DNA of 64,000 nt from Candidatus Woesearchaeota archaeon (GTDB lineage: Archaea; Nanobdellota; Nanobdellia; Woesearchaeales; ARS49): positions 128,001-192,000 of the forward strand of contig JAWADY010000001.1 of the NCBI GenBank assembly GCA_038891615.1, written 5' to 3'. Below, in pieces: positions 9,959 to 19,538 of the stretch (within the stretch, counting starts at the first letter, position 1; the number at the start of each line of letters is the position of its first letter). The position numbers and the translations under genes are program-made. The notes under the pieces are model-generated. The model had not been told where the DNA came from. It worked only from the letters and a program-made list of their open reading frames with translations, and did no database searches.

Positions 9959-10597
9959 CTATACTACTTCTACAACCAGTCTTCTTGGTCTTTTGTCAGG
10001 ATAAAGTAAACCACGGTTGTTGTCTTTCCAGCAATTCGTTTCGTCGACATTCTGAATTGTGCTTCCATTAAAAACGCAAATGTTGAATGTGTAAATTCCA
10101 GGCCTCGTCGAGGCTGTATTGGAAAGCTTTGGTTCAATGCTGACAAACAATGGGATTGTTTTAAACTCATTAGGCTTTATTTTTTGTGCACTTTTGTCAT
10201 ATCGAAGCCAATTTTTATTGATGTATGCCTGCTCTGCAATGGTTATTTCAGTAGTTCCATCTGGCGTAAACGCTCTGTCAAATCCAACCATAACATAAAA
10301 GTTTTGCTCATCTAGGAGAATGTTTTGTACGCCAATTCCAAAAACAGCAGAATCTTTTATACCTAACTTTTTTTGCGCAGGCAATACTGCAACTATTTCT
10401 CCTGCTGAGATAAGGCTTTCAAGCTCTTGTTCTGTTTTTTCATCAAGCACGGTCTGTGTTTCTTTTGCTTTAAAAAATATGTTTCTAAGCACAACCATTG
10501 AGCTTCCAAAAATGACTATTGAAATGATAAGAAGAACAATAAAAGTCATGGAAACTTCTATGCCCTTTTTTTGTTTGGGCAGGTGCACAACAATCAC
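9959..10597 (-). CDS. putative class III signal peptide (pilin-like) surface protein
   Basis: KKG|IEVSMTFIVLLIISIVIF: basic-Gly then a hydrophobic helix; beta-rich C-terminus. Confidence 0.6.
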   Translation of the reverse strand: MIVVHLPKQKKGIEVSMTFIVLLIISIVIFGSSMVVLRNIFFKAKETQTVLDEKTEQELESLISAGEIVAVLPAQKKLGIKDSAVFGIGVQNILLDEQNFYVMVGFDRAFTPDGTTEITIAEQAYINKNWLRYDKSAQKIKPNEFKTIPLFVSIEPKLSNTASTRPGIYTFNICVFNGSTIQNVDETNCWKDNNRGLLYPDKRPRRLVVEVV

Positions 10598-10601
10598 CGA
10601 G

Positions 10602-10829
10602 CTATCTCACGTGCTCAAACTCCCTTTTCAGAAACCAAACAAAAAGGAGCAATAGCACAATACCTGCAACAAAATAATAAAATCCATCTGCAAGGCTTCT
10701 TGAAACAGTCAAATAAAAGCCGTAGAGAAGTACAACAATCCCAGCAAGCAACCATTTGTCAAGAACAAGCTTCATTATTTCAAACTCTTCACTTGCTGTT
10801 AGCATTCGTTTTGACGCCGGTTTTGGCAT
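10602..10829 (-). CDS. small two-TM membrane protein
   Basis: EEFEIMKLVLDK followed by 2 TM helices; RBS AGGTGA. Confidence 0.7.
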   Translation of the reverse strand: MPKPASKRMLTASEEFEIMKLVLDKWLLAGIVVLLYGFYLTVSRSLADGFYYFVAGIVLLLLFVWFLKREFEHVR

Positions 10830-10838
10830 TTTATCACC

Positions 10839-11378
10839 TTATGCAACTGTTATGAATGAACTTTTGCTGGCGTATACAGGGTCATCATGTAAGGTCTGGC
10901 AACTCGCATTAGTGTAAGACATCACTTCAATAACAAATGCAAAGGTTCCAGCCCTTCTTGGAGTTGTCATAAAAACTGGAATTATAGTTGTGCCAGCAGG
11001 TGGAAGCCTTAGACAATCCCCAGTGACTCTAACATTGAATTCCTCTGTTCCTGGGTCGCTCAAATTTGTATCAAATCTTGTTGCTATTTTATAGTTTAAT
11101 TCTCTTCCTAACATATTTTGGATTCCAATAGCAATTGTTTTGCCTTCGCCTCTCACAAGCTGCATTGATGTCGGAAAAGATATCCTTTCTCCACTTGCCC
11201 TTAACTGTTGTGTTATCTGCTCACGAACTTGTGCAGTAATTTCTTCTTGCAAACCAGTAATTCCCCTAAACTGACCACGGATGAAAACAAGCGCAAGTCC
11301 TAGAACAGTGATTGCAATTACCACAATGACAATTACGTTTATAGAAAGCTCAAGCGCAGCCTTTTTACCCTCTACCAT
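10839..11378 (-). CDS. putative class III signal peptide (pilin-like) surface protein
   Basis: RBS GAGGTG before ATG 11378; MVEGKKA|ALELSINVIVIVVIAITVLGLAL; Ig-like C-terminus with a Cys pair. Confidence 0.65.
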   Translation of the reverse strand: MVEGKKAALELSINVIVIVVIAITVLGLALVFIRGQFRGITGLQEEITAQVREQITQQLRASGERISFPTSMQLVRGEGKTIAIGIQNMLGRELNYKIATRFDTNLSDPGTEEFNVRVTGDCLRLPPAGTTIIPVFMTTPRRAGTFAFVIEVMSYTNASCQTLHDDPVYASKSSFITVA

Positions 11379-11455
11379 CGCACACCTCTTTTTATGCAGT
11401 TTTTCCAAATAAAAGTTTGAATATCTTTATAAAGCTTTCTACACCTTTGTTTTGA

Positions 11456-12052
11456 ATGCTAAATAAAAAAGAGAGAATGCTCTTTAGTGAAGAGCTTGGC
11501 ATAAAGCTCACCAAAAAACCATCAGAAAAAGAGCTTTTTAAATGGTTTCTCGCAGCCATTCTTTTTGGGAAGCCAATACAATTTGGAGTCGCAAAAAGAA
11601 CATTTCAGCTGTTTATTTTAAGAAAGCTGACATCTCCAAAGGCAATTCTTGTTACAGGATGGGATAGACTGGTTGAGCTTCTTGACCTTGGAGGATATGT
11701 CCGTTACGATTTCAGCACTGCAACAAAACTTCTCGAGGTCATGCAAAAATTGCAAAAAGATTATGCCGGAAGTCTTTGGAAGCTTCACGAGTCTGCAGCA
11801 GATTCTGCCGACCTTGAAAAAAGATTGATGGATTTTAAAGGAATTGGCCCTGTAACCACTAACATTTTCCTTCGAGAGCTCAGAGCTGTTTGGCCAAAGG
11901 CAGACCCTGAGCCTCTACCAGCTGTGAAAGAAATGGCAAGAAAGCTAAAAATAAAGCTGCCAAAAAACAGAAAAGCAGACACTTTCATCAGGATTGAAGC
12001 ATCTCTAATAAGGAAATGGCTTGCCTCAAAACATAAAAAAAGGCAGGTCTAA
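11456..12052 (+). CDS. HhH-GPD superfamily DNA glycosylase-like protein
   Basis: ELFKWFLAAILFG, GYVRYD, HhH motif FKGIGPVTTNIFLRELR. Confidence 0.8.
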   Translation: MLNKKERMLFSEELGIKLTKKPSEKELFKWFLAAILFGKPIQFGVAKRTFQLFILRKLTSPKAILVTGWDRLVELLDLGGYVRYDFSTATKLLEVMQKLQKDYAGSLWKLHESAADSADLEKRLMDFKGIGPVTTNIFLRELRAVWPKADPEPLPAVKEMARKLKIKLPKNRKADTFIRIEASLIRKWLASKHKKRQV

Positions 12053-12178
12053 GAAGGAATCATAAACAACAATATCATAATTGCCACTACAGCTAAACAT
12101 CCTTTTTTAGCCAAAGAGTTTTAGTCTTAAAACAAGAAAAGCACAAAATCTAAAAAGTCTTTTACGCTGTTTTTTGAT

Positions 12179-13579
12179 ATGAAAAAACCAACAAAAACCC
12201 TTTCAGGAGTAACGCCGGTTGCAGTAATGACAGAACCTCGTGCTTGCGACCATGGAACCTGCGTTTATTGCCCAAGCCTTGGAGTTTCACAAAGCTACAC
12301 TCCCCGCTCGCCTGCGGTAATGAGAGCGTTGCGTGTGGGATATGACCCCTTTGGTCAAGTAAGGACAAGACTTGAACATTACAAGGCAATGGGTCATTCG
12401 AGGGACAAGATTGAACTGATAGTAATGGGTGGAACTTTTTTGCAATATCCTCTTGACTACCAATACTCCTTTATCAAGCGATGTTATGATGCATTGAATG
12501 GAAAAGAAGCGAGAAATCTTGCTGTTGCAAAGAAAATAAACGAAAGAGCAAAGCACCGTTGTGTTGCCCTTTGCATTGAAACAAGACCAGACAATTGTAC
12601 CGAGAACGATATCAAAAGAATGCTCGATTTTGGCACAACAAGGGTTGAGTTAGGAATCCAAATGCCAGATGACCAGCTTTACGCCATAACCAAACGAGGG
12701 CATTCTGTTAGGGATGTTGTCGAGGCAACAGCGAGGCTCAAGGATTGTGGTTTCAAAGTCGGTTATCACATCATGCCAGGACTTCCAGGAAGCACTCCTG
12801 AAAAAGATCTTGCAATGTTCAAACAGATTTTTGATGACGAAAACTTTAGACCCGATCAAGTAAAGATATATCCAACACAGGTTGTCAAAGGAGCTGAGCT
12901 TGCAGAATGGTATGCTCAAGGCATCTACGAGCCTTACTCAGACCATGTTATTGAGGAACTTTTAGAGAAAATGATTCTTATGGTGCCTGAATATTGCAGG
13001 GTGATGAGAATAATGCGGGAGATTCCTCCGATGTATCTTGTTGCAGGCACAAAATGGGTTAATTTTAGAGCAAAGATTGAGGAAAAGCTCAGAAAAAAGC
13101 ATAGGGCAGATGTCAAGGAAATAAGGTTAAGAGAGATTGGACTTGCTATGCGTGATGGGGTGAAAATAGATCAAAAAATTGAAATAAAAGTACTGCCATA
13201 TGCAGCAAGCAAAGGAAAAGAATATTTTATAAGTGTTGTCAACAACCAGAACATACTATTCGGATTGTGCAGGCTTAGGATTCCCCACAAGACTTTTCTT
13301 CCTGAGCTTCATGATGCTGCTCTTGTACGAGAGTTACATGTTTATGGGCAGACGGTTGGGCTTAAAGATGTGATAGATAAGGTTTGCGCTGACACGACAA
13401 TGTTGAGAGTGTGGCAGCACAAGGGCCTTGGAAAAAGGCTCATGGAAGAAGCTGAAAGAATTGCAAAAGAAGAAGGGATGAGAAGGATTGCGGTTATTAG
13501 TGGAGTTGGTGTTCGCGAGTATTACAGAAAACTTGGCTATAGGCTTAATGGAAGTTATATGTGTAAAACCTTAGGATGA
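12179..13579 (+). CDS. elp3: Elp3 tRNA uridine(34) acetyltransferase (radical SAM + KAT)
   Basis: CDHGTCVYCP, QSYT, ETRPD, VELG, KIYP, VRELHVYG, QHKGLG, ISGVGVREYY. Confidence 0.96.
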   Translation: MKKPTKTLSGVTPVAVMTEPRACDHGTCVYCPSLGVSQSYTPRSPAVMRALRVGYDPFGQVRTRLEHYKAMGHSRDKIELIVMGGTFLQYPLDYQYSFIKRCYDALNGKEARNLAVAKKINERAKHRCVALCIETRPDNCTENDIKRMLDFGTTRVELGIQMPDDQLYAITKRGHSVRDVVEATARLKDCGFKVGYHIMPGLPGSTPEKDLAMFKQIFDDENFRPDQVKIYPTQVVKGAELAEWYAQGIYEPYSDHVIEELLEKMILMVPEYCRVMRIMREIPPMYLVAGTKWVNFRAKIEEKLRKKHRADVKEIRLREIGLAMRDGVKIDQKIEIKVLPYAASKGKEYFISVVNNQNILFGLCRLRIPHKTFLPELHDAALVRELHVYGQTVGLKDVIDKVCADTTMLRVWQHKGLGKRLMEEAERIAKEEGMRRIAVISGVGVREYYRKLGYRLNGSYMCKTLG

Positions 13580-13631
13580 TAAGTTTTGAGAAAAAGAGCG
13601 TTCTTTTACAACGAGCTTTAATGAGTTTTAT

Positions 13632-14222
13632 TTATTTCTTTGTATACTTTAGGCGTTCGTCACCACAGAGATTTATATAAACAGATTTCCACCAGTCCGA
13701 AGCGTGTATGTTTGGGTCATAAACTAATTTACTTATTATTTTGCGTTGATTACCACTGAGTATCCGATTTTTCGGCACATTCTTCTTTTTTGCCAGCTCG
13801 TCATAAATGCCAAGCAAGTGGTCGTAGAGCTGTCCATCTGCATTAATTTTGCCTATTTTAGCAATTTTATTTGTTTTAAGATAAGGAACAAGGTGCTCGA
13901 GAACAACGCCAAATCCTAAAAAGTCATCATAGGCATCAAGCTTTTCTTTTAAAGGCTCTTTTGCAAAATAATCTAGCAAATTTGAATTATTCTCAAGATT
14001 TAACTTTTTCAGTTCTCCTTTAAGCCTTTCTCGGCTTATTGGTATATCTGGGAGAGGGTTGCTCGTATAGTTGTTTTCGCTAACTTTTTTTTCAGAAACA
14101 GCTTCCCAAACAACATCTCTCCTTATTTCCTTCTTTCCTTCGTGTAGGACTAGATACACATTATAGCGATTAAAACTCGTTGGCTCATAGTCAATAAAGG
14201 CTTCAATTCCGTCAGCTTCCAT
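13632..14222 (-). CDS. hypothetical protein
   Basis: ORF from 14279; ATG 14222 preferred (AGGAG RBS, TTTATATA upstream); no family recognised. Confidence 0.6.
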   Translation of the reverse strand: MEADGIEAFIDYEPTSFNRYNVYLVLHEGKKEIRRDVVWEAVSEKKVSENNYTSNPLPDIPISRERLKGELKKLNLENNSNLLDYFAKEPLKEKLDAYDDFLGFGVVLEHLVPYLKTNKIAKIGKINADGQLYDHLLGIYDELAKKKNVPKNRILSGNQRKIISKLVYDPNIHASDWWKSVYINLCGDERLKYTKK

Positions 14223-14275
14223 AGTTTCGCTCCTTAAAAAGAGACAAGAATACAAATGGATATATAAATGTTTTG

Positions 14276-15724
14276 TCACTTCACAGTTATTATTTCCTCA
14301 TGTAAACGTATCCTGTTCTTACCTGTTCTTTTTGCTGCCAAAAGAGCACCATCTGAAGCCTTAATGGTAAGATTCAGTGCTTCAATCAGCTTCTCTTCAG
14401 AAACGGCTAATCCTGTTCCTTTGAATGTTGCAACACCACCGCTGACAGTCACAGCAGCCCTATCATATATGCCAAGTTTTGGTAAAATCTCTTTCGTCTT
14501 TTCCTCTAAAGAAGCCTTAATCCTTTCTGCAATGACATAAGCATCACTTTGATTTGCAAAAACCGCTAAAACAAATTCCTCGCCTCCGAATCTACAAAGG
14601 AGGTCCTCCCGCCTTTTAAGTGATGCAATGGAATTTGATACTATTTTCAAGACAGCATCTCCAATATCGTGACCATATTTATCATTTATTTGTTTGAAAT
14701 CGTCTATGTCAAAAAAGATTATAGAAAGCTGTGCACCAAGCTGTTGAGCAGCCATGAATCGCTTTTTTAAGTCTCTATCAAAATATCTTCTATTGAACAG
14801 CCTCGTCAATGGGTCTGTGATGGACTCCCATGCTCTCTCAAAAAATGTTGTTTTCAACTTGTATAAAGACATTGTTCCATATCTTGAAAGCGTGGCTTTA
14901 CACGCATCATCCAGAAGACCAGAATATGCATGCAATCGAGAGAGGTACTCCAAAACCTCTTCAGGTGTTGTCAGAGTTCTCAAATCTTTTTTGATATCAG
15001 CCAGAGTTATCTTCTTGTATTTTGAGACAAGCCTCTTAAGTTTTGTTACAACTGATATTTTCTCCTTCAAAAACTTATTGAGAGGCTCAACTATTCTAGA
15101 TTTTTCTTCATAAACAAGTTGGTAGAGGTTGCTTGCAGCTGCTGCTAGCTTTGTTTTCAGCCATTCCAGCTCTTCCTTGCCTGCCCTTTCCAACGACTGG
15201 AGTACATCAAGTTCAATGTCTAAATTTGCTTGCTCGCGTGTGATAAGCTCAGCTAAAGAGTTGACGATTCTTGCCAACTCCTCTTCGATGCTCCACTCCG
15301 TCCGTTTTAGCTCTAATGAAAGAGCCACTTGCTGAGATAAAGCGGATAGCTTTTCTTTTAGTGCATCCCCAGGCTTACCTTCGGCATAAGCCTTTTGTAT
15401 CAGCGCAAGTTCTTGCGTGAAAATAGAATCTTCAACAGGCCTTAGAGCAAGCTCTTTTTTCCGAATCTCCTCTTCCTCTTTTTTGTATTTCAAAATCTCT
15501 TCAAATGCAACCTTTAGGTCTTTTTCGATTTTATCAATGAGTGGTTTTAAAGAGACATCTTTTCCAGCAATTTTGTCGCTTATCGCATCTATAAGCCGTA
15601 TGACATCCTTTCTATGGTCCCGCAATGAAGAAATTCTTTTTTCAAAACTGGCTATGACCTCCTGCTCATGCACACCAAGCTGCAGGAGCAGGTCTAATAT
15701 TTTTTGAATATCGTTGTTTGACAT
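14276..15724 (-). CDS. coiled-coil + GGDEF-domain diguanylate cyclase
   Basis: TDPLTRLFNRR, DIDDFKQINDKYGHDIGD, RRED I-site, RFGGEEF, TVSGG, AAKRTGKNR; N-terminal ~290 aa helical. Confidence 0.93.
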   Translation of the reverse strand: MSNNDIQKILDLLLQLGVHEQEVIASFEKRISSLRDHRKDVIRLIDAISDKIAGKDVSLKPLIDKIEKDLKVAFEEILKYKKEEEEIRKKELALRPVEDSIFTQELALIQKAYAEGKPGDALKEKLSALSQQVALSLELKRTEWSIEEELARIVNSLAELITREQANLDIELDVLQSLERAGKEELEWLKTKLAAAASNLYQLVYEEKSRIVEPLNKFLKEKISVVTKLKRLVSKYKKITLADIKKDLRTLTTPEEVLEYLSRLHAYSGLLDDACKATLSRYGTMSLYKLKTTFFERAWESITDPLTRLFNRRYFDRDLKKRFMAAQQLGAQLSIIFFDIDDFKQINDKYGHDIGDAVLKIVSNSIASLKRREDLLCRFGGEEFVLAVFANQSDAYVIAERIKASLEEKTKEILPKLGIYDRAAVTVSGGVATFKGTGLAVSEEKLIEALNLTIKASDGALLAAKRTGKNRIRLHEEIITVK

Positions 15725-15727
15725 GCC

Positions 15728-16846
15728 TTAAAGAATAAACATCTTTTCAACAATCTTTTTTGCCTTTTCGCGTTTTCTTTGATGACTTTTAAGGAATCTT
15801 TCAAGCTTTGTAATAAGGATCTGCTTTAGCTCACTAGTGAGCAGGCTACCACTTTTGTAATCATCATAAATCTTTTGCAGCTTTGCATCATCAGGTTCGA
15901 ATAATGCCCGTAAGTATTGGAATGCAACATCGATATCAGGATTGCCGCCTTTTTTTCTATGTTCTGCAATTGTTGGCTGACCTCCTGAAAAAGCATATTT
16001 TCTTATTTTTAACGCCACCTCTTCAAGGCTGTCTGTCAACGCTATGAATGATGTTGGATCCGATGAAGACATCTTCCCACCCTTTAAGCCTGGAATGAAA
16101 ATATGATAGATTGAACTGGGTTGAAAAAACTTCAGCCCTTTTATTCTTTGACAAATGTCTCTAGTTAATCTTATGTGAGGATCTTGGTCAATCCCGACAG
16201 GAACAACGACAGGCATCGATCCCTCGAATTCAGGAAGTTGTGGATGCAATATGTCGGAAGCTTGCAAAAGTGCAGAAATCATTTTTCCAGGAGTAATCTC
16301 ACCATAAACCGATTTGAACTCATTAAAAGTGACATATCTTGCTACTAAATTCTGCAATCTATAATATGCATTTGATTTGGTTGCATTGTTTGAACGGCCG
16401 CTTTGAAAGTAAATGTCACAGTTCTTGCGCTTAAGCCCAAGAGCAAAATAGTTTGTTATGTAATCATCCAAAGCTATTCTCCTGCTTTCTTCAAGGCTTT
16501 GCGCTCTTGCTGTGTATGCCTCGATGTCTGCAACTGCAATGTAAAGTCTTGCACCGAGCCTTTGCCAAAAAATCATTTGTTGTGCAACAAGCATGTGACC
16601 AAGATGAAACTTTCCGGTTGGCATTAGCCCTGTCATCATGACAAAAGGCTTTTTTGCTTTTATGGAATCAAGAATTTGTTGCAAATCCCTATGAGCAAAA
16701 ATTATTCTACGCCTAAAAAGATGGCTTTCTTCAAACTCTTTCGGAAGCCTCTCAATCAAGGAAAGCCCAAACTCCTTCACGAGCCTTGAATAATCTATTT
16801 TTCCAGAAACCTCCCAAGGGGTTATAAATGTTTCATCACGCTGCAT
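15728..16846 (-). CDS. trpS: tryptophanyl-tRNA synthetase (archaeal type)
   Basis: ITPWEV, FAHRD, HLGH (HIGH), VPVGIDQDPH, KMSSS, KYAFSGG. Confidence 0.96.
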   Translation of the reverse strand: MQRDETFITPWEVSGKIDYSRLVKEFGLSLIERLPKEFEESHLFRRRIIFAHRDLQQILDSIKAKKPFVMMTGLMPTGKFHLGHMLVAQQMIFWQRLGARLYIAVADIEAYTARAQSLEESRRIALDDYITNYFALGLKRKNCDIYFQSGRSNNATKSNAYYRLQNLVARYVTFNEFKSVYGEITPGKMISALLQASDILHPQLPEFEGSMPVVVPVGIDQDPHIRLTRDICQRIKGLKFFQPSSIYHIFIPGLKGGKMSSSDPTSFIALTDSLEEVALKIRKYAFSGGQPTIAEHRKKGGNPDIDVAFQYLRALFEPDDAKLQKIYDDYKSGSLLTSELKQILITKLERFLKSHQRKREKAKKIVEKMFIL

Positions 16847-16895
16847 AAGTAGTTGGCTACTAAAGGCTTATTTAAAGCTAGCGCTCATGAAGGCT

Positions 16896-18746
16896 TTACA
16901 AAGCAATCTCCACATCTCTACCGAATATTTTTTTAAGGCTTTCAAACAGAGCCTCTCTTACAAAAACGCGCTGTGGAATTGCAATCCTTACTAATGCTTT
17001 TTCGAGCTCTTCAGGACTTGCATCTTCAAGTTCACCAAGACTACCATCTGGGTTTATTTTTGCTTTAGAAATCTTCTTTGGTTCTGCATCGATATCGTGA
17101 GTTATGAAAGCTGTTTCGCCCAAAAGCAAAACTTCGCCAAATTTTTCTCCGCGTTTTACTTTTATTTTCGCCCTCTCAAGCTCATAAACCCGTTTGCGTT
17201 GCATCCACTCAACAATCGCTCTTATGAATTCGCTTGCCTCACGTCTAACCTTTTCAACTTCAACCTTCGTAAGCTTGCCCGAATCGTAATCCTGCCGTGC
17301 TTTCATAATTGAATGTAAGAGCCTTGCCAATTTCGGAGAAAGTTTTCCTGTTGCAACAAGTTTTTCTTCAAATAAATCAACAAGTTCTGCTTCAGGAATG
17401 TTCTCGCGGCCTTCAAGCCTCAGCGCATCCCGCAGAACAGCCAGAATGCTATCATAAATGTTCAACACAGATTCTCTATCTTTCAACTCTTGTATTTTTG
17501 CAAAAAGCTCTTTAATCTTTTTCAGATAGTCTTCAGCGCCTGTCAGCAGCTGGTCTACTTCAACGCCTGAGATTTGTTTTTTCTCTGCATGCTCAAGCTC
17601 CTTCCTTGTAGCAATAACTTTTTCAAGTAAATTGACATCCTTATTCTCAAGCATCCCTTCTTTTTTAACAAAAATCTCTCGCATTAGTTCAGGTGTTTCC
17701 TTTGGGGTTGGTGGTGGCAAACCATAAAGCATTAAGGCAGCTTGACTTGGAGTTAGGACTGCCCAAAAAATGTCTTCCATCCCTATATCACGGAGTTTGA
17801 ATCTTGCGCGCTCTAACATCTGCTCTCCACCAGACATGAACATATCAATAGCTTCTACACTAGGTTTTATTCGTCCCATCCTGAGAAGCTGCTTCCATGG
17901 CATGAAGATTCCTCTGTCATAAAATGGCACGCCGTCCCTCAAAAATGTAAAAATGACAGGATTTGCTTCTCTGATGTTGTCCCAAAACTCTGTGAGAATG
18001 TATACCTGGATGTTCAGCTTATTTCTAATGCCGGTTATCTCTCCGGCTTCAATTCCCATTCCTATGATTATCGCCCTTAGCTTATCCTTGAGTTCTGCCC
18101 TCGTCATCCTCTTCACATCCGTATCGTCAATGACGACAAAAACATCTATATCTGATTCCTTTGTTGCACGGCCTTGAACAAGGCTTCCTGCAAGCACATA
18201 AGCAACAATGTATTTCTCAAACTTTTTCAGGACCATATTCTTATGAATCTCTGCAATTTTTATTGCTGAGAGCATTCCTCTGTCAAATATTGGTGCTGAA
18301 AGTGCTATCATTTCAAGAAAATCATACTTTCCATCATAGCAAGCTTGCCAAACTTCTGAAAGCAAAAGGGCTTGAGGAGCAAGGTTTGGGTCAATTTCCT
18401 TTGCGGAGGCTTCAAGTATTGAAACTAATTTTCCTTTCAATTCATCTTTTGTCATCTTTGTAGGTTCTGTATCATCGACAAGCACGAGTATGTTTATTTT
18501 CTTCTCTTTGTCAGGTTTTTCTATGTCTTCTTTGCTTGGAGGAAGAAGCGCAATTCCGACGATATATTTTTCAAATTTTTCAAGTATCAACTTTTGGAAA
18601 CGCTCTAATTTTGCTTTTATTTCAGCAAGTTTTTCCTGAAGTTCCTTTGGTAGCTTTTCAATACCTTCGACAGCTTGGCCAGCAGTGCCACCCATTTTTT
18701 TTGTTTCATCCTCCTTCTTTACAGTTTCTTTTGCTTTTTTTGCCAT
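16896..18746 (-). CDS. duplicated nucleotidyltransferase (MNT) - HEPN fusion protein
   Basis: Second NTase copy GSLVQG...SDIDV; first copy degenerate; HEPN-like region with RKELEH; second degenerate HEPN-like region. Confidence 0.8.
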   Translation of the reverse strand: MAKKAKETVKKEDETKKMGGTAGQAVEGIEKLPKELQEKLAEIKAKLERFQKLILEKFEKYIVGIALLPPSKEDIEKPDKEKKINILVLVDDTEPTKMTKDELKGKLVSILEASAKEIDPNLAPQALLLSEVWQACYDGKYDFLEMIALSAPIFDRGMLSAIKIAEIHKNMVLKKFEKYIVAYVLAGSLVQGRATKESDIDVFVVIDDTDVKRMTRAELKDKLRAIIIGMGIEAGEITGIRNKLNIQVYILTEFWDNIREANPVIFTFLRDGVPFYDRGIFMPWKQLLRMGRIKPSVEAIDMFMSGGEQMLERARFKLRDIGMEDIFWAVLTPSQAALMLYGLPPPTPKETPELMREIFVKKEGMLENKDVNLLEKVIATRKELEHAEKKQISGVEVDQLLTGAEDYLKKIKELFAKIQELKDRESVLNIYDSILAVLRDALRLEGRENIPEAELVDLFEEKLVATGKLSPKLARLLHSIMKARQDYDSGKLTKVEVEKVRREASEFIRAIVEWMQRKRVYELERAKIKVKRGEKFGEVLLLGETAFITHDIDAEPKKISKAKINPDGSLGELEDASPEELEKALVRIAIPQRVFVREALFESLKKIFGRDVEIAL

Positions 18747-18756
18747 TCAAATCACC

Positions 18757-19527
18757 TTACTGTTGCAAGAGCACGATTTGTTCAAGAGGTCTTGGCACGC
18801 TTATGGAACCTGAAGCGAATTGATAGAAAAGGGCAAGAGGACTCACTCCTTTTGAGAGCTGTTCTGAAACAAAGTTGAAAGCAACATCATGAATACCGTT
18901 TTGCGCTGGCCTTGATAAAAAAGGAGCTATTGACTTTGAAAGTCCAGCCACGTCATTTTCATAGATAGTTTTCATCCACCCAAAGCTAAATGCGTATGCT
19001 TTTGCTTCCTCGTCAATAGGATTCTGCAAGCTTTTTGTCAATACATGACCAATCTCATGACCCACTGTCAGCATAACCTTATCTAAATGACCTTTTTTTA
19101 CGAACACTCTGCTTATTCCGCGCTCTTCATTTAATGAAAACCCTTCTACAATGCCAGCAGCGTTGTTCATACGCGAGAACTCCTCTGGCTCACAAAGTTC
19201 TATTGCAATATTTCCTGGGAATTCCTTCTTCATCATAAGCTTGAATGTCTTCCTAATGTATTCAAAAATCTCAGAGAGCTCACTGACAAAGGGCGAGGTT
19301 GGTCTGTTTTTTAGAAGGAAATTCTCGGCAACAAAAAAATGACTAAGGCTTTTATGCGAAAGAGAAAAGTTGTAATCAGACAGATGACTTTCATGCTCAT
19401 AACCACGAATGTCTGGAAATTGAATATGATAATTTTGATTGGATCGAGGAATATAGCCAAAAACAGGTTGGAAAAAATAAGTCCTTACAACCGGAAATGT
19501 AGAGTAATAAATACTTCCCATTTTCAT
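18757..19527 (-). CDS. zincin metallopeptidase-like protein (IrrE/ImmA-like motif)
   Basis: LTVGHEIGHVL...EEAKAYAF. Confidence 0.7.
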   Translation of the reverse strand: MKMGSIYYSTFPVVRTYFFQPVFGYIPRSNQNYHIQFPDIRGYEHESHLSDYNFSLSHKSLSHFFVAENFLLKNRPTSPFVSELSEIFEYIRKTFKLMMKKEFPGNIAIELCEPEEFSRMNNAAGIVEGFSLNEERGISRVFVKKGHLDKVMLTVGHEIGHVLTKSLQNPIDEEAKAYAFSFGWMKTIYENDVAGLSKSIAPFLSRPAQNGIHDVAFNFVSEQLSKGVSPLALFYQFASGSISVPRPLEQIVLLQQ

Positions 19528-19538
19528 TCAAAAACTTT

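Noticed and set aside
14222-14279. Translational coupling of the GGDEF gene to the downstream hypothetical via the listed start at 14279
   Set aside because: A better ATG at 14222 has its own AGGAG RBS and an upstream TTTATATA box, so functional linkage is not supported
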